From positions 1,521 to 65,520 of the forward strand of contig JADGOV010000004.1 in assembly GCA_017882785.1 (NCBI GenBank): a DNA stretch of 64,000 nt, read 5' to 3'. The notes beneath the pieces are model-generated. The model saw nothing but the letters and a program-made list of their open reading frames with translations, ran no database searches and was not told where the DNA came from. The translations under genes were made by a program, and so were the position numbers. Position 1 is the first letter of the stretch. Every line of letters begins with the position of its first letter. The stretch comes from Frankiaceae bacterium (GTDB taxonomy: Bacteria > Actinomycetota > Actinomycetes > JADGOV01). Below, one piece after another: positions 50,651 to 60,742 of the stretch.

Positions 50651-53088
50651 CCGACCGTGATCGACTCTCGCTGTGTGCTGCGGCAGCCACCGCGCTGACG
50701 TGCAGCGTGCTGTTTTCGATCTTTCTGGGCGCCCGGTGGGTGCCGGCGCTGCTCGGCGTCGTCGTCGTTGTCGCCTCGTTCAGCGCGCTCGGCCGCTGGC
50801 TGCGGCTGCCGGCGGCCCTGGGCCCGGTGTTCACCGCCGCCGGGTTGGCGATGTACGTGACCGCGGTGTTCGCCTCCTCGGCCGCGATCGGACGGATACT
50901 GCCTGGTCCGGCGGCGCTACGGGTGCTCCGGACCCGGGTGGACGGGGGGTTCGCCGACATCCAGGCGCTCGCTCCGCCGGTCCCCAGTGATTCTGGCGTG
51001 CTGCTCATCACCGTGCTCGGCGTTGCCGCGGTGGCGCTTGCTGTCGACGTCCTGGCGGCCACGCTGCGCCGACCGCCGCTGGCCGGCGTGCCTCTGCTCG
51101 CAGTGTTCGCCGTACCCGCCGCGTTATCCCCGCAGGGCAGCGGCGTCGTCCCGTTCGCGCTGTCGGTGAGTGGATATCTGCTTCTGCTCGGTGCCGACAA
51201 CCAGGATCGGGTGGCCCGTTGGGGCCGGCCGCTGCGCACGACGGCCCAACTGGACGCCTTGAGTCGACTCACCTCCGCCAGTTACGCCGAGGAGCCCCCC
51301 ACCGCTGCGATGGGTCGCCGGATCGGTCTGGGCGCCATTGGGCTGGCGCTGCTCGTCCCCGTACTCATCCCCGGTCTGCACGTCGGGTACCTCGGCGGCA
51401 CGGGCGGTTCCGGGGTGGGACCCGGCGGCGGCCACGGCAGCAGCGTGACCACGTACAACCCCATCGTCCGACTGCGCGATCAGCTCACCGCGACGCGGAC
51501 CACCGTGCTCCTGCGCGTCCGCACGGCCGGCGGCAATCCCAATGGTTACCTGCGGATGGCCGCCCTCGACGTCTTCGACGGCAGTACGTGGTCGCAGGGG
51601 TCGCTGCGCGCCAGCAGGTCAGATCGGGTCTCGGCCCCGTCGGCGCTGCCGCACCCGGCGCTTCCCGGACCCACCACCCGGGCGTCGGTAGCGGTCTCCA
51701 CCGACCTCGTCGCCCGATGGCTGCCGCTGCCCTACCAACCCACGAGCATCAGCATCCAGGGCGACTGGCGGTATGAGAACCGGACCGGGACGGTGTTCTC
51801 CACCCGCGACACCACCCGTGGGCAGACCTACACGGTGTCCTCCGCGCAGCTGTCGGCGAACCCGACGACGCTCGACAAGGCCCAACTCGCCCCAGCCGAC
51901 CAACCGGCCTTCAGCGCCTACGTCTCCTACCCCCGCAACCTGCCGCGAGTGATCAGAGACACTGTCGACGGCATCGTGTCGCAGGCGAAGGCCACAACGC
52001 CCTATCAGCAGGCCGTTGCCATCCAGGACTACTTCCGCTCGGGCCGGTTCACCTACAGCCTGCGGGTCCCGGCGGGCAACAGCGATGACGCCGTCGTCAA
52101 CTTCCTGCAGGCGCGCCGGGGCTTCTGCGAGCAGTTCGCCGCCACCATGGCGCTCTTCGCGCGGATGGAGGGCATCCCCGCCCGCGTGGCCGTGGGTTTC
52201 ACCTACGGTGAGCGGGCCGCCGACGGGGAGTACGTCGTCACCACGAAGGACGCTCACGCCTGGCCGGAGCTCTATTTCCCCGGCGCCGGCTGGTTGCCCT
52301 TCGAGCCCACCCCCGTCGCCGGCCGAGCGCAGACCGTGCCGCCGGCGTACACCGGCGGCGGAGGCACGACTGGAGCTGCCGCCAGCAGCGACCTCGCCGT
52401 CCGGAGCCAGCAGCGCGGCTCCCTGCAGGACCGCCGTTTCGGCAACCGGGACGAGGAGGCGGGCGGATCGGTCCCCGCGGCCTCGCCGAAGGCGAGGACC
52501 GCCACGTTCAGCACTCGATGGCGGTGGACCGTCGCCGCGGTGGGGGCGGCGTCCCTGCTGCTGACTCCAGCGCTGATCAGGGTTGCCGCCCGGCGGCGAC
52601 GATGGCGCCGGGTCCGCTCCGCCGCCTGGCCGGCGATGCCGACGGCAGCCGCGCACGCCGCCTGGCAGGACCTGCGCGAGGACGCCCTCGACTTCGGCCT
52701 GCCCTGGCCGGCGAGCGCTTCCCCCCGCGGCGCCGCCGCCTGGCTGCGTGCCCGGGTGACCCTACCGCTCGTGGCCGCCACCGCACTCGACATGCTCGTC
52801 CGCGCCGAGGAACGGGCGAGTTTCCGCCCCGACGGCCGTGAAGGGATGGCCGGAGCAACTGCCGGGTTGCCGGCGGCCGAGCTCCGAGCCGCGGCCGCGA
52901 CGGTCCGGGCAGCCTTGGTCCGCCACGCCGGGCCTCGTCGACGGTGGCGGGCCAGGCTGGCGCCGAGCTCCGCGCTGGAGCGCCTGCGGGTAGCCGCCGG
53001 CCGGCTGGCCGTTGTCGGGGACCGGGCGGACCGCGCCCTCGCCCGCATCACCCGTACGCTGCTGCGCCGTCGGCCGGCCGCTCGCTAG
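50647..53088 (+). CDS. Transglutaminase-like domain membrane protein (DUF3488 / TGase / DUF4129 architecture).
   Basis: GTG start overlaps the DUF58 stop (GTGA). It has N-terminal multi-TM segments and a Cys-His-Asp core (…RRGFCEQFAATMALFAR…DAHAWPELYF…LPFEPTP…). Confidence 0.8.
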   Translation: MTDRDRLSLCAAAATALTCSVLFSIFLGARWVPALLGVVVVVASFSALGRWLRLPAALGPVFTAAGLAMYVTAVFASSAAIGRILPGPAALRVLRTRVDGGFADIQALAPPVPSDSGVLLITVLGVAAVALAVDVLAATLRRPPLAGVPLLAVFAVPAALSPQGSGVVPFALSVSGYLLLLGADNQDRVARWGRPLRTTAQLDALSRLTSASYAEEPPTAAMGRRIGLGAIGLALLVPVLIPGLHVGYLGGTGGSGVGPGGGHGSSVTTYNPIVRLRDQLTATRTTVLLRVRTAGGNPNGYLRMAALDVFDGSTWSQGSLRASRSDRVSAPSALPHPALPGPTTRASVAVSTDLVARWLPLPYQPTSISIQGDWRYENRTGTVFSTRDTTRGQTYTVSSAQLSANPTTLDKAQLAPADQPAFSAYVSYPRNLPRVIRDTVDGIVSQAKATTPYQQAVAIQDYFRSGRFTYSLRVPAGNSDDAVVNFLQARRGFCEQFAATMALFARMEGIPARVAVGFTYGERAADGEYVVTTKDAHAWPELYFPGAGWLPFEPTPVAGRAQTVPPAYTGGGGTTGAAASSDLAVRSQQRGSLQDRRFGNRDEEAGGSVPAASPKARTATFSTRWRWTVAAVGAASLLLTPALIRVAARRRRWRRVRSAAWPAMPTAAAHAAWQDLREDALDFGLPWPASASPRGAAAWLRARVTLPLVAATALDMLVRAEERASFRPDGREGMAGATAGLPAAELRAAAATVRAALVRHAGPRRRWRARLAPSSALERLRVAAGRLAVVGDRADRALARITRTLLRRRPAAR

Positions 53089-53309
53089 CGGCTTCGACAG
53101 GTCCGCCCGCGGTCATTGGCCTATCGTCAGGCGCCTCTGAGGCGACGAACCCGCAGCTGAGGCCCCCTGAAGGGCGTGATGTTCGCGTCGGGTTCCCGAC
53201 GTGATGGAGGGTGGGCCGGTTGAGCGGCCGACACCCGCTGCGCTGATCGCTGGCGCCCATCCGGCGAGCCACGCTAGGTCCGAGAACCGGCAGGCTGCAC
53301 GCTGTTCTC

Positions 53310-53816
53310 ATGCGCACACTCGTCATCGTCCGGCATGCCAAGGCTGAATCCCCGGACGGCGTTCGCGACATCGACCGTCACCTCTCGGCGCGGGGCCGGC
53401 GGGACTCCCGGCAGGCGGGCACATGGCTGCGCCACTCGACCAAGCGTCCGGACCTCGTGCTGTCATCGCCGTCCCGACGGACCATGGAGACTGCCGATGA
53501 GATAGTCAGCGGCTACGACGCTCCTGCCCCCACGGTGCGCTCCGAGCAGCGGCTCTACGAGGCGTCCCTCTCCGATGTCCTCGAGGTGCTCCGCGCCCTG
53601 CCCAAGAAGGCCGGCACGGTCGTCCTCATCGGCCACAACCCGTCGGTGAGTGCTCTGGCCACCGAGCTGGCGGGACAGCCGGTTGATCTGCGGACCTGCG
53701 GTGTGGCGGTCGTATCGGTCCCACGCGCCTGGGCCGAGATCGCCGGGGGAGGGGGCTTGCTGGAGACGGTACAGACGCCACGGGGGGTGAAACCCCACGA
53801 TTCAGGCGCGTCGTGA
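53310..53816 (+). CDS. SixA-type histidine phosphatase (phosphohistidine phosphatase family).
   Basis: MRTLVIVRHAKAE… is the RHA motif of the histidine phosphatase superfamily; 168 aa. Confidence 0.7.
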   Translation: MRTLVIVRHAKAESPDGVRDIDRHLSARGRRDSRQAGTWLRHSTKRPDLVLSSPSRRTMETADEIVSGYDAPAPTVRSEQRLYEASLSDVLEVLRALPKKAGTVVLIGHNPSVSALATELAGQPVDLRTCGVAVVSVPRAWAEIAGGGGLLETVQTPRGVKPHDSGAS

Positions 53817-53817
53817 G

Positions 53818-54285
53818 TCAGTGGCCACGCTCATCCCAGCGGCGGCGCCAGCGCTCCTCCAGACGACCCTTCCAGGATCCGCGCCGCCGTTCCCGACGGG
53901 GCCGCAGGCGTGTCACGGCGGCGACGCTGGGGGCGCCCTGGGGTCGATTCTGCCGGCCACCCTCCCGATGACCGGTCAGCCGCTGCCAGCTCGTCACACC
54001 GAACAGCAACGCGGCCAGCATCACCACGAAACCGAAGACACCGACCAGTGGTTCCTTGCTGATCACTCCGACCATCAGCAGGATGATGCCGAGGATGAAC
54101 AGGAGCGCGCAGCGCAGGATGCGTCGCGAGTAGTGCTTGCGAAGATTGGTGGAGCGATAGGACGAGGCAAACTTCGGGTCCTCGGCGTACAGCGCGCGCT
54201 CGATCTGGTCGAGCAGGCGCTGCTCGTGGTCAGAGAGCGGCACGGTGCTCCTCCCAGGTGGCCGGCGCGGGTGCCAGGAGGACAT
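53818..54285 (-). CDS. DUF3040-family small membrane protein.
   Basis: PLSDHEQRLLDQIERALYAEDPKFAS is followed by two TM helices. The true start is probably the GTG near 54245. Confidence 0.55.
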   Translation of the reverse strand: MSSWHPRRPPGRSTVPLSDHEQRLLDQIERALYAEDPKFASSYRSTNLRKHYSRRILRCALLFILGIILLMVGVISKEPLVGVFGFVVMLAALLFGVTSWQRLTGHREGGRQNRPQGAPSVAAVTRLRPRRERRRGSWKGRLEERWRRRWDERGH

Positions 54286-54438
54286 CGAACCTCTGCCACG
54301 TCGCGAAAGCGGATCCGCAGGACTTGAGGATACGGTCGGTCGGGCCGCCGCGAAAGCAGTCCAGGCAGGCTCGCACCGCGCTTTCCCCCGCTGATCCAGA
54401 CTCCAGCACCGCTCGGATGGTACGCCTGTCCGAAGTGG

Positions 54439-55638
54439 TCACGGTCCGGGGTCCGGCGGACGGCGGCCGAAGAGCGTCCCGGGGCGCACGGCACCGGCGC
54501 CGAAACGTCGAGCAGCCCGGTCGGCTGCCTGCTCGGCCTCCCGCCAGCCGAAGGCCCGCTGGCCGAGCACGAGTTGCCGCGGTTGGGCAGCTGCCGGGCC
54601 CAGCCCCTCCACCCGGACGCCGACCAGCCGGAGCCGAGCCCGCTGCAAGCCCAGACGATCGACCAACGCGGTGGCCACCGCGTAGATGTCTCGGCCCACG
54701 TCGGTCGCCTCGGGCAGCGTTCGCGACCGCGTTATCGTGCTGAAGTCGGAAAATCGAATCTTGACGCTGACGGTGCGGCCGACCTGCCCGCTGTCCCGGA
54801 GCCGGCCTGCGGTGCGTTCGGACAGCCGGAGCAGCTCCCGGCGGATCCGTACCGGATCGTCCACGTCCCGCTCGAAGGTCTCCTCCGAGCCGATGCTCCG
54901 ATCGGGCTCAGTGGGGATGACCGATCGTGGATCGCGGCCCCAGGCGAGGGCGGCCAGGTGGGCACCGGCCGCCGATCCGACGGCCCGTTGCAAGGTGGAT
55001 ACCGGGGTGTCCGCCAGATCACCCACCGTCCGCAGGCCGAGTCGGAGAAGGCTCTCCTCGGTGCGCTCCCCCACACCCCACAGGGCGGCCACTGGCAGTG
55101 GATGCAGGAAGGCGACCACCCGTTCGGGCGGCACCGCCAGCAGTCCGTCGGGCTTGGCCCGCGTCGAGGCCAGCTTGGCGACGAACTTGGTGCTGGCCAC
55201 CCCGACCGAGCAGGGGATGTCCTGCTCGTCGGCGATCCGGGCACGGATCCACTCGCCGATCTCGACCGGCCCGCCCAGTCGGCGACGGGCACCGGACACC
55301 TCGAGGAAGGCCTCGTCGAGCGCGATCGGTTCGACCAGCGGGGTGACCGATCGGAACACCTCCATGATGCCGGCGGACACCGCGGAGTAGGCGGCGAAGT
55401 CGGGCGGGATCACGACCGCGTCCGGGCAGAGTCGGTGGGCACGGCTCATGGGTAGCGCGCTGCGCACACCGAAGGCCCGCGCCTCATACGTTGCCGACAG
55501 CACGACCCCACGGGTGCTGGAGCCACCCACGATCACCGGCTGGCCGCGCAGCTCGGGGTGCCGCCGCAGTTCCACGCTGGCGTAGAAGGCGTCCATGTCG
55601 ACGTGCAGGATCGAGCACGCCGCCGCGTGCCCTGTCAT
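54439..55638 (-). CDS. dinB: DNA polymerase IV (Y-family, DinB).
   Basis: ILHVDMDAFYASVE…GVASTKFVAKLAS… are Y-family pol motifs. It lies downstream of dnaE2 on the same strand. Confidence 0.85.
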   Translation of the reverse strand: MTGHAAACSILHVDMDAFYASVELRRHPELRGQPVIVGGSSTRGVVLSATYEARAFGVRSALPMSRAHRLCPDAVVIPPDFAAYSAVSAGIMEVFRSVTPLVEPIALDEAFLEVSGARRRLGGPVEIGEWIRARIADEQDIPCSVGVASTKFVAKLASTRAKPDGLLAVPPERVVAFLHPLPVAALWGVGERTEESLLRLGLRTVGDLADTPVSTLQRAVGSAAGAHLAALAWGRDPRSVIPTEPDRSIGSEETFERDVDDPVRIRRELLRLSERTAGRLRDSGQVGRTVSVKIRFSDFSTITRSRTLPEATDVGRDIYAVATALVDRLGLQRARLRLVGVRVEGLGPAAAQPRQLVLGQRAFGWREAEQAADRAARRFGAGAVRPGTLFGRRPPDPGP

Positions 55639-55671
55639 GGGAACGCTGTCATGGGAACGCTGTCATGTGGA
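55634..55671 (-). repeat. Tandem 14-bp duplication spanning the dinB start codon, creating two stacked mini-uORFs.
   Basis: Minus strand: ATGACAGCGTTCCC ATGACAGCGTTCCC ATGACAGGGCACG. The first two ATGs open 5-codon ORFs (MTAFP*), and each TGA overlaps the next ATG (ATGA). Confidence 0.6.
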
Positions 55672-55769
55672 CGAGCACCGCCACGATGCAGGATTCGGCA
55701 GGCAGAATTCGAGCAGCCTGAATTCCAGCAGCGTAGTGCGATGAACCCGGCGACGGCCCAGCGGTGGAG

Positions 55770-58700
55770 TCATCGGCCGGCGCTGCCGGAACTGGAATGC
55801 CAGAGCTTGCGCGAAGTGCCGCCGCTCGCCGGCTGCCCACCCGCCGACCTGGCTCCCACCTGCGCACCGCCCACCGGGACGGGGGCCGGCACGGGTCGGG
55901 TGGACCGGCTCTCGGCTGCCCCGCGCACAGCAGCCTCGAGCACCGCTGTCGTCCGCCCGGGCGGACGGGCCAGGATTCTCGCCACCGCGGGCAGGCCACC
56001 GTCGACCCAGCTGGCACACAGGGTAGGCAGCTCCCAACAGCCGGTTGCCCGGATCGAGATGCCGCGCGGTCCGGTGCGGCGGGTAATTCCGCGCAGCACC
56101 AGCAACCAGGAGTTGAACAGCGTGCTCGCGTACCCCACCTGGGCGTCTTCGAAGAACGTCGCGTCCAACGCCCCGGTCGCGTCGTCGAGGGTGACGAAGA
56201 CCACCCGGCGGCCCGAACGCACCGGTGGGGTCTGGGTCGCCACCTTCACCCCCGCGACGAGTACCTCCGACCGGGTCCGGCGGCAGAGCAGATCGCGTGC
56301 CCGGGTGACACCGAGGGCGTCCATGAACGGGACGTACCCGGCGAGCACGTGCTGGCTGGCGTCGAGGCCCAGCACGTCGAGTTCGGCCCGCACGCGCTCG
56401 GCGCCGTTCATTTCCGGCAGCCCGCTCGGCGCCACCACCCCCGGTGCGTCCCCGAGGTCGAGGGTGAGCTGGACGGCGAGGTCGGCCGGGGCCGGTGCGG
56501 CCGCCTGAGATTGCCGGGCCGCCAACTCCCGGACGGTGAGCGCGCCGGCCGCAGCCGTGATGCCGTCCGTGGCGCCCGGACCGGACGGCAGAACCGCGGC
56601 CGGACGGTGACGGCCGCGGACGGACCGCGCAGCCCTGGCGGTCGACCGACTCCAGCTGTCCAGTTCGACGACCTGGAGCAGGAGATCTCGGCGGGTCACC
56701 CGCCCCCGGCGACGTACGATCAGCGCCGAGCCAATGCCGTACAGATCGTCGAAGGCGCCAGCCACCACCAGCCGCTCGGCGATCGGCCGGGACACCCCGG
56801 CCCGGTGCCAGAAGTCGGAAAGTGACGCGTAGGGCCGGCCTGCGACGGTCCGGGCCATCTCGGCCTCCGTGATGCCCTTGACGTCGGCCAGGCTGAGTCG
56901 GATGCCGTAGTCCCGACCGTCGGGTAGTCCCGGCGGCGGTGCGGACCGCGGCTGGGCGTCGAGGATCTCCGGCGGTGGCTCGTCGTAGCGGCCTACCCGT
57001 TCGATGCGGTACTGCCCGTCGGAGCGGTTGACATCCAGGCCGAGCACGGCGATACCGAGCTGGCGGGCGTCGTCGAGAATGAGCCGCTTGGGGTACATGC
57101 CGGGGTCATGGGTCAGCACACCGGCCAAGAATGCCGCCGGATGGTGTGCCTTGAGCCAGGCCGACTGGTAGGTAGGCACGGCGAACGCCGCCGCGTGCGC
57201 CTTGCAGAAACCGAACGATCCGAAGCCCTTGAGAACCTCCCAGACCTGTTCGACGGTGGCGAGCGGATAGCCGTGGTCGAGCGCGGCGGGCAGGAACCAG
57301 GTCCTGACCTCTGGCTGGCCGAGTGGATCACCGAGCGCGCGCCGGACCTCGTCGGCCTCGGCGAGGGAGCACCCGGTGAACGTGGCGACGATGCACAGCA
57401 CCTGCTCGTGGAAGACGACGACGCCGCGGGTCTCCGCGAGCACTGGCTCCAGATCCGGATGGAGGTAGCTGGGCTGCCGCCAGCCCTGCCGGGCTTCGAG
57501 GAACGGGGTAACCATGTCGGTTTTGACCGGCCCCGGCCGGAACAGCGAGATGTCGATGATCAAATCGGCGAACGTCTCCGGCGCGAACTTCCCGATCAAT
57601 TCACGCTGGCCGGGCGATTCGATCTGGAAACAACCGAGTGTCTTGGTGGACTGCACCAGCGCGTAGGTAGCCGGATCATCACGCGGCACCGCGTCGATGT
57701 CGATCTCGACCCCGTCGACCCGACGCGCCTCGCCCACGGCGTGCGCGATGGCGGACTGCATGCGGATACCGAGCAGGTCGAGCTTGAGCAATCCCAGCGC
57801 CTCGACGTCGTCCTTGTCGAACTGGCTCATCGGAAACCCCAGCCAGCTCGACTCGACCGGGGTGCGATCGAGCAACGTGGCGTCGGAGAGCACCACTCCG
57901 CATGGGTGCAGCGCGATGTGCCGGGGCAGGCCGTCGAGGCGCTCCACCAGTCGGAACAGCAGATCCAGCCGACCACCGCGGCCGTCCGGGTCGGCCAAAC
58001 CGCTGGCCCGCAGCTCCGGCAGATCACGCAGCGCCGCCCGTACCTGGCTGGCCCGCAGATGCGGGAACGCCTTGGCGATCGTGTCGATCTCCCCCGGTGG
58101 CAGGCCGAGGGCAGCCCCGACGTCGCGGATCGCGTGCCGGACGCGGTAGGTGTCCATCATCGACACGCACGCGCAACGCTCGGCGCCGAAGCGGGCGAGC
58201 ACCGCCTCGTAGACCTCGGTCCGCCGGGCGGACTCGACGTCGATGTCGATATCAGGCAGTTGGTGACGCAGCGGTGAGAGAAAGCGCTCCATCAGCAGCC
58301 CGTGCTGCAGCGGGTCGACGTCGGAGACCCCGAGCAGGTAGGTGACCAGGCTGCCGGCACCGGACCCGCGGGCGGCGCAACGCACCCTCATACCCTTGAT
58401 GATCTCCACCACGTCGCCGACGGTGAGGAAGTACGACGCGTAGCCCAGCTTGGCGATCACTGTCAGTTCCTCGTCCAGCCGGCGCTCGGCCTCAGCGGTG
58501 GCCGGCCGGCCGCGCCGCCCGTACCCGGCCGTACAGCGGGCCCGGAGCACCGCGTCCGCCGCTCCGGCACTGCCCAGACCGGCACTGCCCAGACCGGCAC
58601 TGCCCAGACCGGTGCCCAACTCGGGGAAGTGCACCTCGCCGAGACCCAGGCCGCCGGCGCCGGGAACCAGCGCGCACTGCTCGGCGACGAGTCGGGTACG

Positions 58701-59588
58701 GACGAGCAGGTCCGCACCGGTGCGCCCGCTTCCACCGACCAACCGGGTCAGCTCGTCAGCGACCTCGGCCATCTCCTTCCCCGACTTCAGGTAGCCCTCG
58801 GCGTTGTCGCGGTCGACGTGCCGGGAATTGAGGACGACGAGCCGCCTGGCGGCGTCGAGGACATCGGCCACCGGTGCGTCCGCCCGGTCGACGTACCGGA
58901 CGGCATTGGTGAGCACCGCCGGCACCCGCTGCTCGGTGGCGAAGGCGAGCAGCCTGGCCGCACGATGTCCGGCACCGGGGCCCCGGTGGTGGACGATCTC
59001 GACGAGCAGGTCGTCGGTGCCGACCGCGTCCCGCCAGCGGTCCAGGTGCCGGCGTGCGAGATCCGGTCGGCGGGTGGCCAGTGCGCGGCCGACGTCGGAG
59101 TCGGGTCCGAGCAGCACGAACAACCGTCGGGCATGCGCGGTGACCAAGTCGACGCTGCTCACCGGCCGGCCACGCTCGCCGGCAAGATGAGTGGCACTGA
59201 TGAGTCGGCACAGCGCGCCCCAACCCTCGATGTCCCGAGCCAGCACCGTGATCCGCGGGTGCCCAGGGTCGACGTAGGCCCCGCCGCGGGCCGGCACCCG
59301 GCGCACCCCCCGGCCACCAGCCGCCCGGTCCGACCTCCGGTGACCGGGGTCGGTGACGTCGACCGGAACCTCGTCGACGGCGAGGTCGACTCCGAGGATC
59401 GGCCGCACCCCAGCCGATTGGCAGGCCTGGATGAACCTCACCGCACCATAGGCACCGTCCCGATCGGTCAGCGCGAGCGCCTCCTGGCCGTGCTCGGCGG
59501 CCCGCTCGACGAGCGCATGCGGGTGCGTCGCGCCGTAGCGCATCGAGTAGCCGGACGCCACGTGCAGGTGGGTGAATGGATCACTCAC
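55770..59588 (-). CDS. dnaE2: Error-prone DNA polymerase DnaE2 (ImuC).
   Basis: 1272 aa. VSDPFTHLHVASGYSMRYG is the PHP N-terminus and the pol III alpha core follows. The GTG start overlaps the stop of the upstream HEPN gene (GTGA). Confidence 0.9.
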   Translation of the reverse strand: MSDPFTHLHVASGYSMRYGATHPHALVERAAEHGQEALALTDRDGAYGAVRFIQACQSAGVRPILGVDLAVDEVPVDVTDPGHRRSDRAAGGRGVRRVPARGGAYVDPGHPRITVLARDIEGWGALCRLISATHLAGERGRPVSSVDLVTAHARRLFVLLGPDSDVGRALATRRPDLARRHLDRWRDAVGTDDLLVEIVHHRGPGAGHRAARLLAFATEQRVPAVLTNAVRYVDRADAPVADVLDAARRLVVLNSRHVDRDNAEGYLKSGKEMAEVADELTRLVGGSGRTGADLLVRTRLVAEQCALVPGAGGLGLGEVHFPELGTGLGSAGLGSAGLGSAGAADAVLRARCTAGYGRRGRPATAEAERRLDEELTVIAKLGYASYFLTVGDVVEIIKGMRVRCAARGSGAGSLVTYLLGVSDVDPLQHGLLMERFLSPLRHQLPDIDIDVESARRTEVYEAVLARFGAERCACVSMMDTYRVRHAIRDVGAALGLPPGEIDTIAKAFPHLRASQVRAALRDLPELRASGLADPDGRGGRLDLLFRLVERLDGLPRHIALHPCGVVLSDATLLDRTPVESSWLGFPMSQFDKDDVEALGLLKLDLLGIRMQSAIAHAVGEARRVDGVEIDIDAVPRDDPATYALVQSTKTLGCFQIESPGQRELIGKFAPETFADLIIDISLFRPGPVKTDMVTPFLEARQGWRQPSYLHPDLEPVLAETRGVVVFHEQVLCIVATFTGCSLAEADEVRRALGDPLGQPEVRTWFLPAALDHGYPLATVEQVWEVLKGFGSFGFCKAHAAAFAVPTYQSAWLKAHHPAAFLAGVLTHDPGMYPKRLILDDARQLGIAVLGLDVNRSDGQYRIERVGRYDEPPPEILDAQPRSAPPPGLPDGRDYGIRLSLADVKGITEAEMARTVAGRPYASLSDFWHRAGVSRPIAERLVVAGAFDDLYGIGSALIVRRRGRVTRRDLLLQVVELDSWSRSTARAARSVRGRHRPAAVLPSGPGATDGITAAAGALTVRELAARQSQAAAPAPADLAVQLTLDLGDAPGVVAPSGLPEMNGAERVRAELDVLGLDASQHVLAGYVPFMDALGVTRARDLLCRRTRSEVLVAGVKVATQTPPVRSGRRVVFVTLDDATGALDATFFEDAQVGYASTLFNSWLLVLRGITRRTGPRGISIRATGCWELPTLCASWVDGGLPAVARILARPPGRTTAVLEAAVRGAAESRSTRPVPAPVPVGGAQVGARSAGGQPASGGTSRKLWHSSSGSAGR

Positions 59589-60109
59589 CCGGACGCCACT
59601 GCGCGTACCGGAAGCAACGGCTGGTGAACATGGCCGAGGAATTCCTCGACCAGGCCGAGAAAGGTCTGTGCATCCCGGAGCAGGTCATCTGCGTCCCGCC
59701 GGGTGACCGCCCCCACCAACCCGGCCTCCGCGGCGGCCCGCTTGCCGGCCCCCGCCGCGAAGAAGGCCGCCCACTCGGTCAACGGTGGCAGCACCACCGG
59801 CAACAACGCCCAGACACTTCTCGGTCCGCGTCGCCGCCCACCAGCGTCGTCCGGCCGCGCCCGGGCGGCGAGGACTGCGGCGGCAGCCCGCAGCGCTGCC
59901 AGGTGAGCGGCGGCGTACCGCTCGGCGGCGGTCTCCGTCGCAGCCGCTTCGGTGAGCCCGCGACGGGCAAGACCGAGAAGATCGTCAGCGGCGGCTGCGC
60001 TGCGCCGCGACGGACCCGGCACGGTCGGACCAGCGGGGCTTCGCCCGGTAAGAACTGACCGCCGATCGACACCGGATGCCCGGGACGAGGCGGGAGGGGA
60101 GACGGACAT
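59585..60109 (-). CDS. Hypothetical protein, probably a SAV_6107-like HEPN-domain protein.
   Basis: Ala/Arg-rich helical protein (…ERYAAAHLAALRAAAAVLA…EWAAFFAAGAGKRAAAEAGL…). It is translationally coupled to dnaE2. The family assignment is from recall and not certain. Confidence 0.4.
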   Translation of the reverse strand: MSVSPPASSRASGVDRRSVLTGRSPAGPTVPGPSRRSAAAADDLLGLARRGLTEAAATETAAERYAAAHLAALRAAAAVLAARARPDDAGGRRRGPRSVWALLPVVLPPLTEWAAFFAAGAGKRAAAEAGLVGAVTRRDADDLLRDAQTFLGLVEEFLGHVHQPLLPVRAVASG

Positions 60110-60118
60110 CGCAGGCGC

Positions 60119-60679
60119 TCAATCCAGGACGCGGGTGATGGTCCAGGTCCCCGCGCTCCAGTCGAAGCAGAGGTCATAGACCCCCGTGTCGGCCGCCCGA
60201 CCGGCGCCTGCCTCCACCCGCCAGCACTCCCGCTCACCGTCGTCGACCGCGATGCTGCCGACGGATGCTCCGATGTCGGGCGCCGGCTCCCCCCAGGCCC
60301 GCTGCCCCCATTTCGGCGCAGCCGGAATCGGTGTCAGTCGCAGATCATCTGACCCTGACTCTGGCCCTGGCCCGGCCGATGACCCGGCCGATCCGAGCCC
60401 CGAAGCCTCCTCAACGCCGAAGAGCGGCCGGGCCGCCGCACTGCGCCACCAACCGCCGGACTCCACCCAGCAGGTGAGGACCGCTCGGACCACATAGAGC
60501 CGTCCACGCCACAGGAACTGCTCGGGGGCCTCGTCCCTCCGGCGAACCTCGATGGTCTCTCCACACCGCCGCGACATTTCACCCGCTCCTTCCGCCCAGC
60601 CAGCAAGATCATCAGATCGGCACCGGGGGAAGGCGGCGCGACGGCGCCGGCGGAGAGATGCTTCCCCACACCTCTCCAC
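60119..60679 (-). CDS. Hypothetical protein with an internally duplicated domain (DUF6504-like); first gene of the dnaE2 operon.
   Basis: Two similar segments, ETIEVRRRDEAPEQFLWRGRLYVVRAVLTCWVESGGWW and ERECWRVEAGAGRAADTGVYDLCFDWSAGTWTITRVLD. A LexA box lies 64 nt upstream. Confidence 0.4.
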   Translation of the reverse strand: MERCGEASLRRRRRAAFPRCRSDDLAGWAEGAGEMSRRCGETIEVRRRDEAPEQFLWRGRLYVVRAVLTCWVESGGWWRSAAARPLFGVEEASGLGSAGSSAGPGPESGSDDLRLTPIPAAPKWGQRAWGEPAPDIGASVGSIAVDDGERECWRVEAGAGRAADTGVYDLCFDWSAGTWTITRVLD

Positions 60680-60742
60680 CGGCCCGCCGGGATGCGATGC
60701 TGACCGGTGGGTCGAGAACCGGCCTGCACCTACATTCCATCA

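Noticed and set aside
55639-55770. LexA box upstream of dinB (dnaE2-dinB spacer).
   Set aside because: No TCGAAC-N4-GTTCGA-like sequence is present. The only palindrome is GAATTC…GAATTC (EcoRI sites), which does not match SOS-box consensus. dinB is more likely co-transcribed from the upstream LexA-box promoter.
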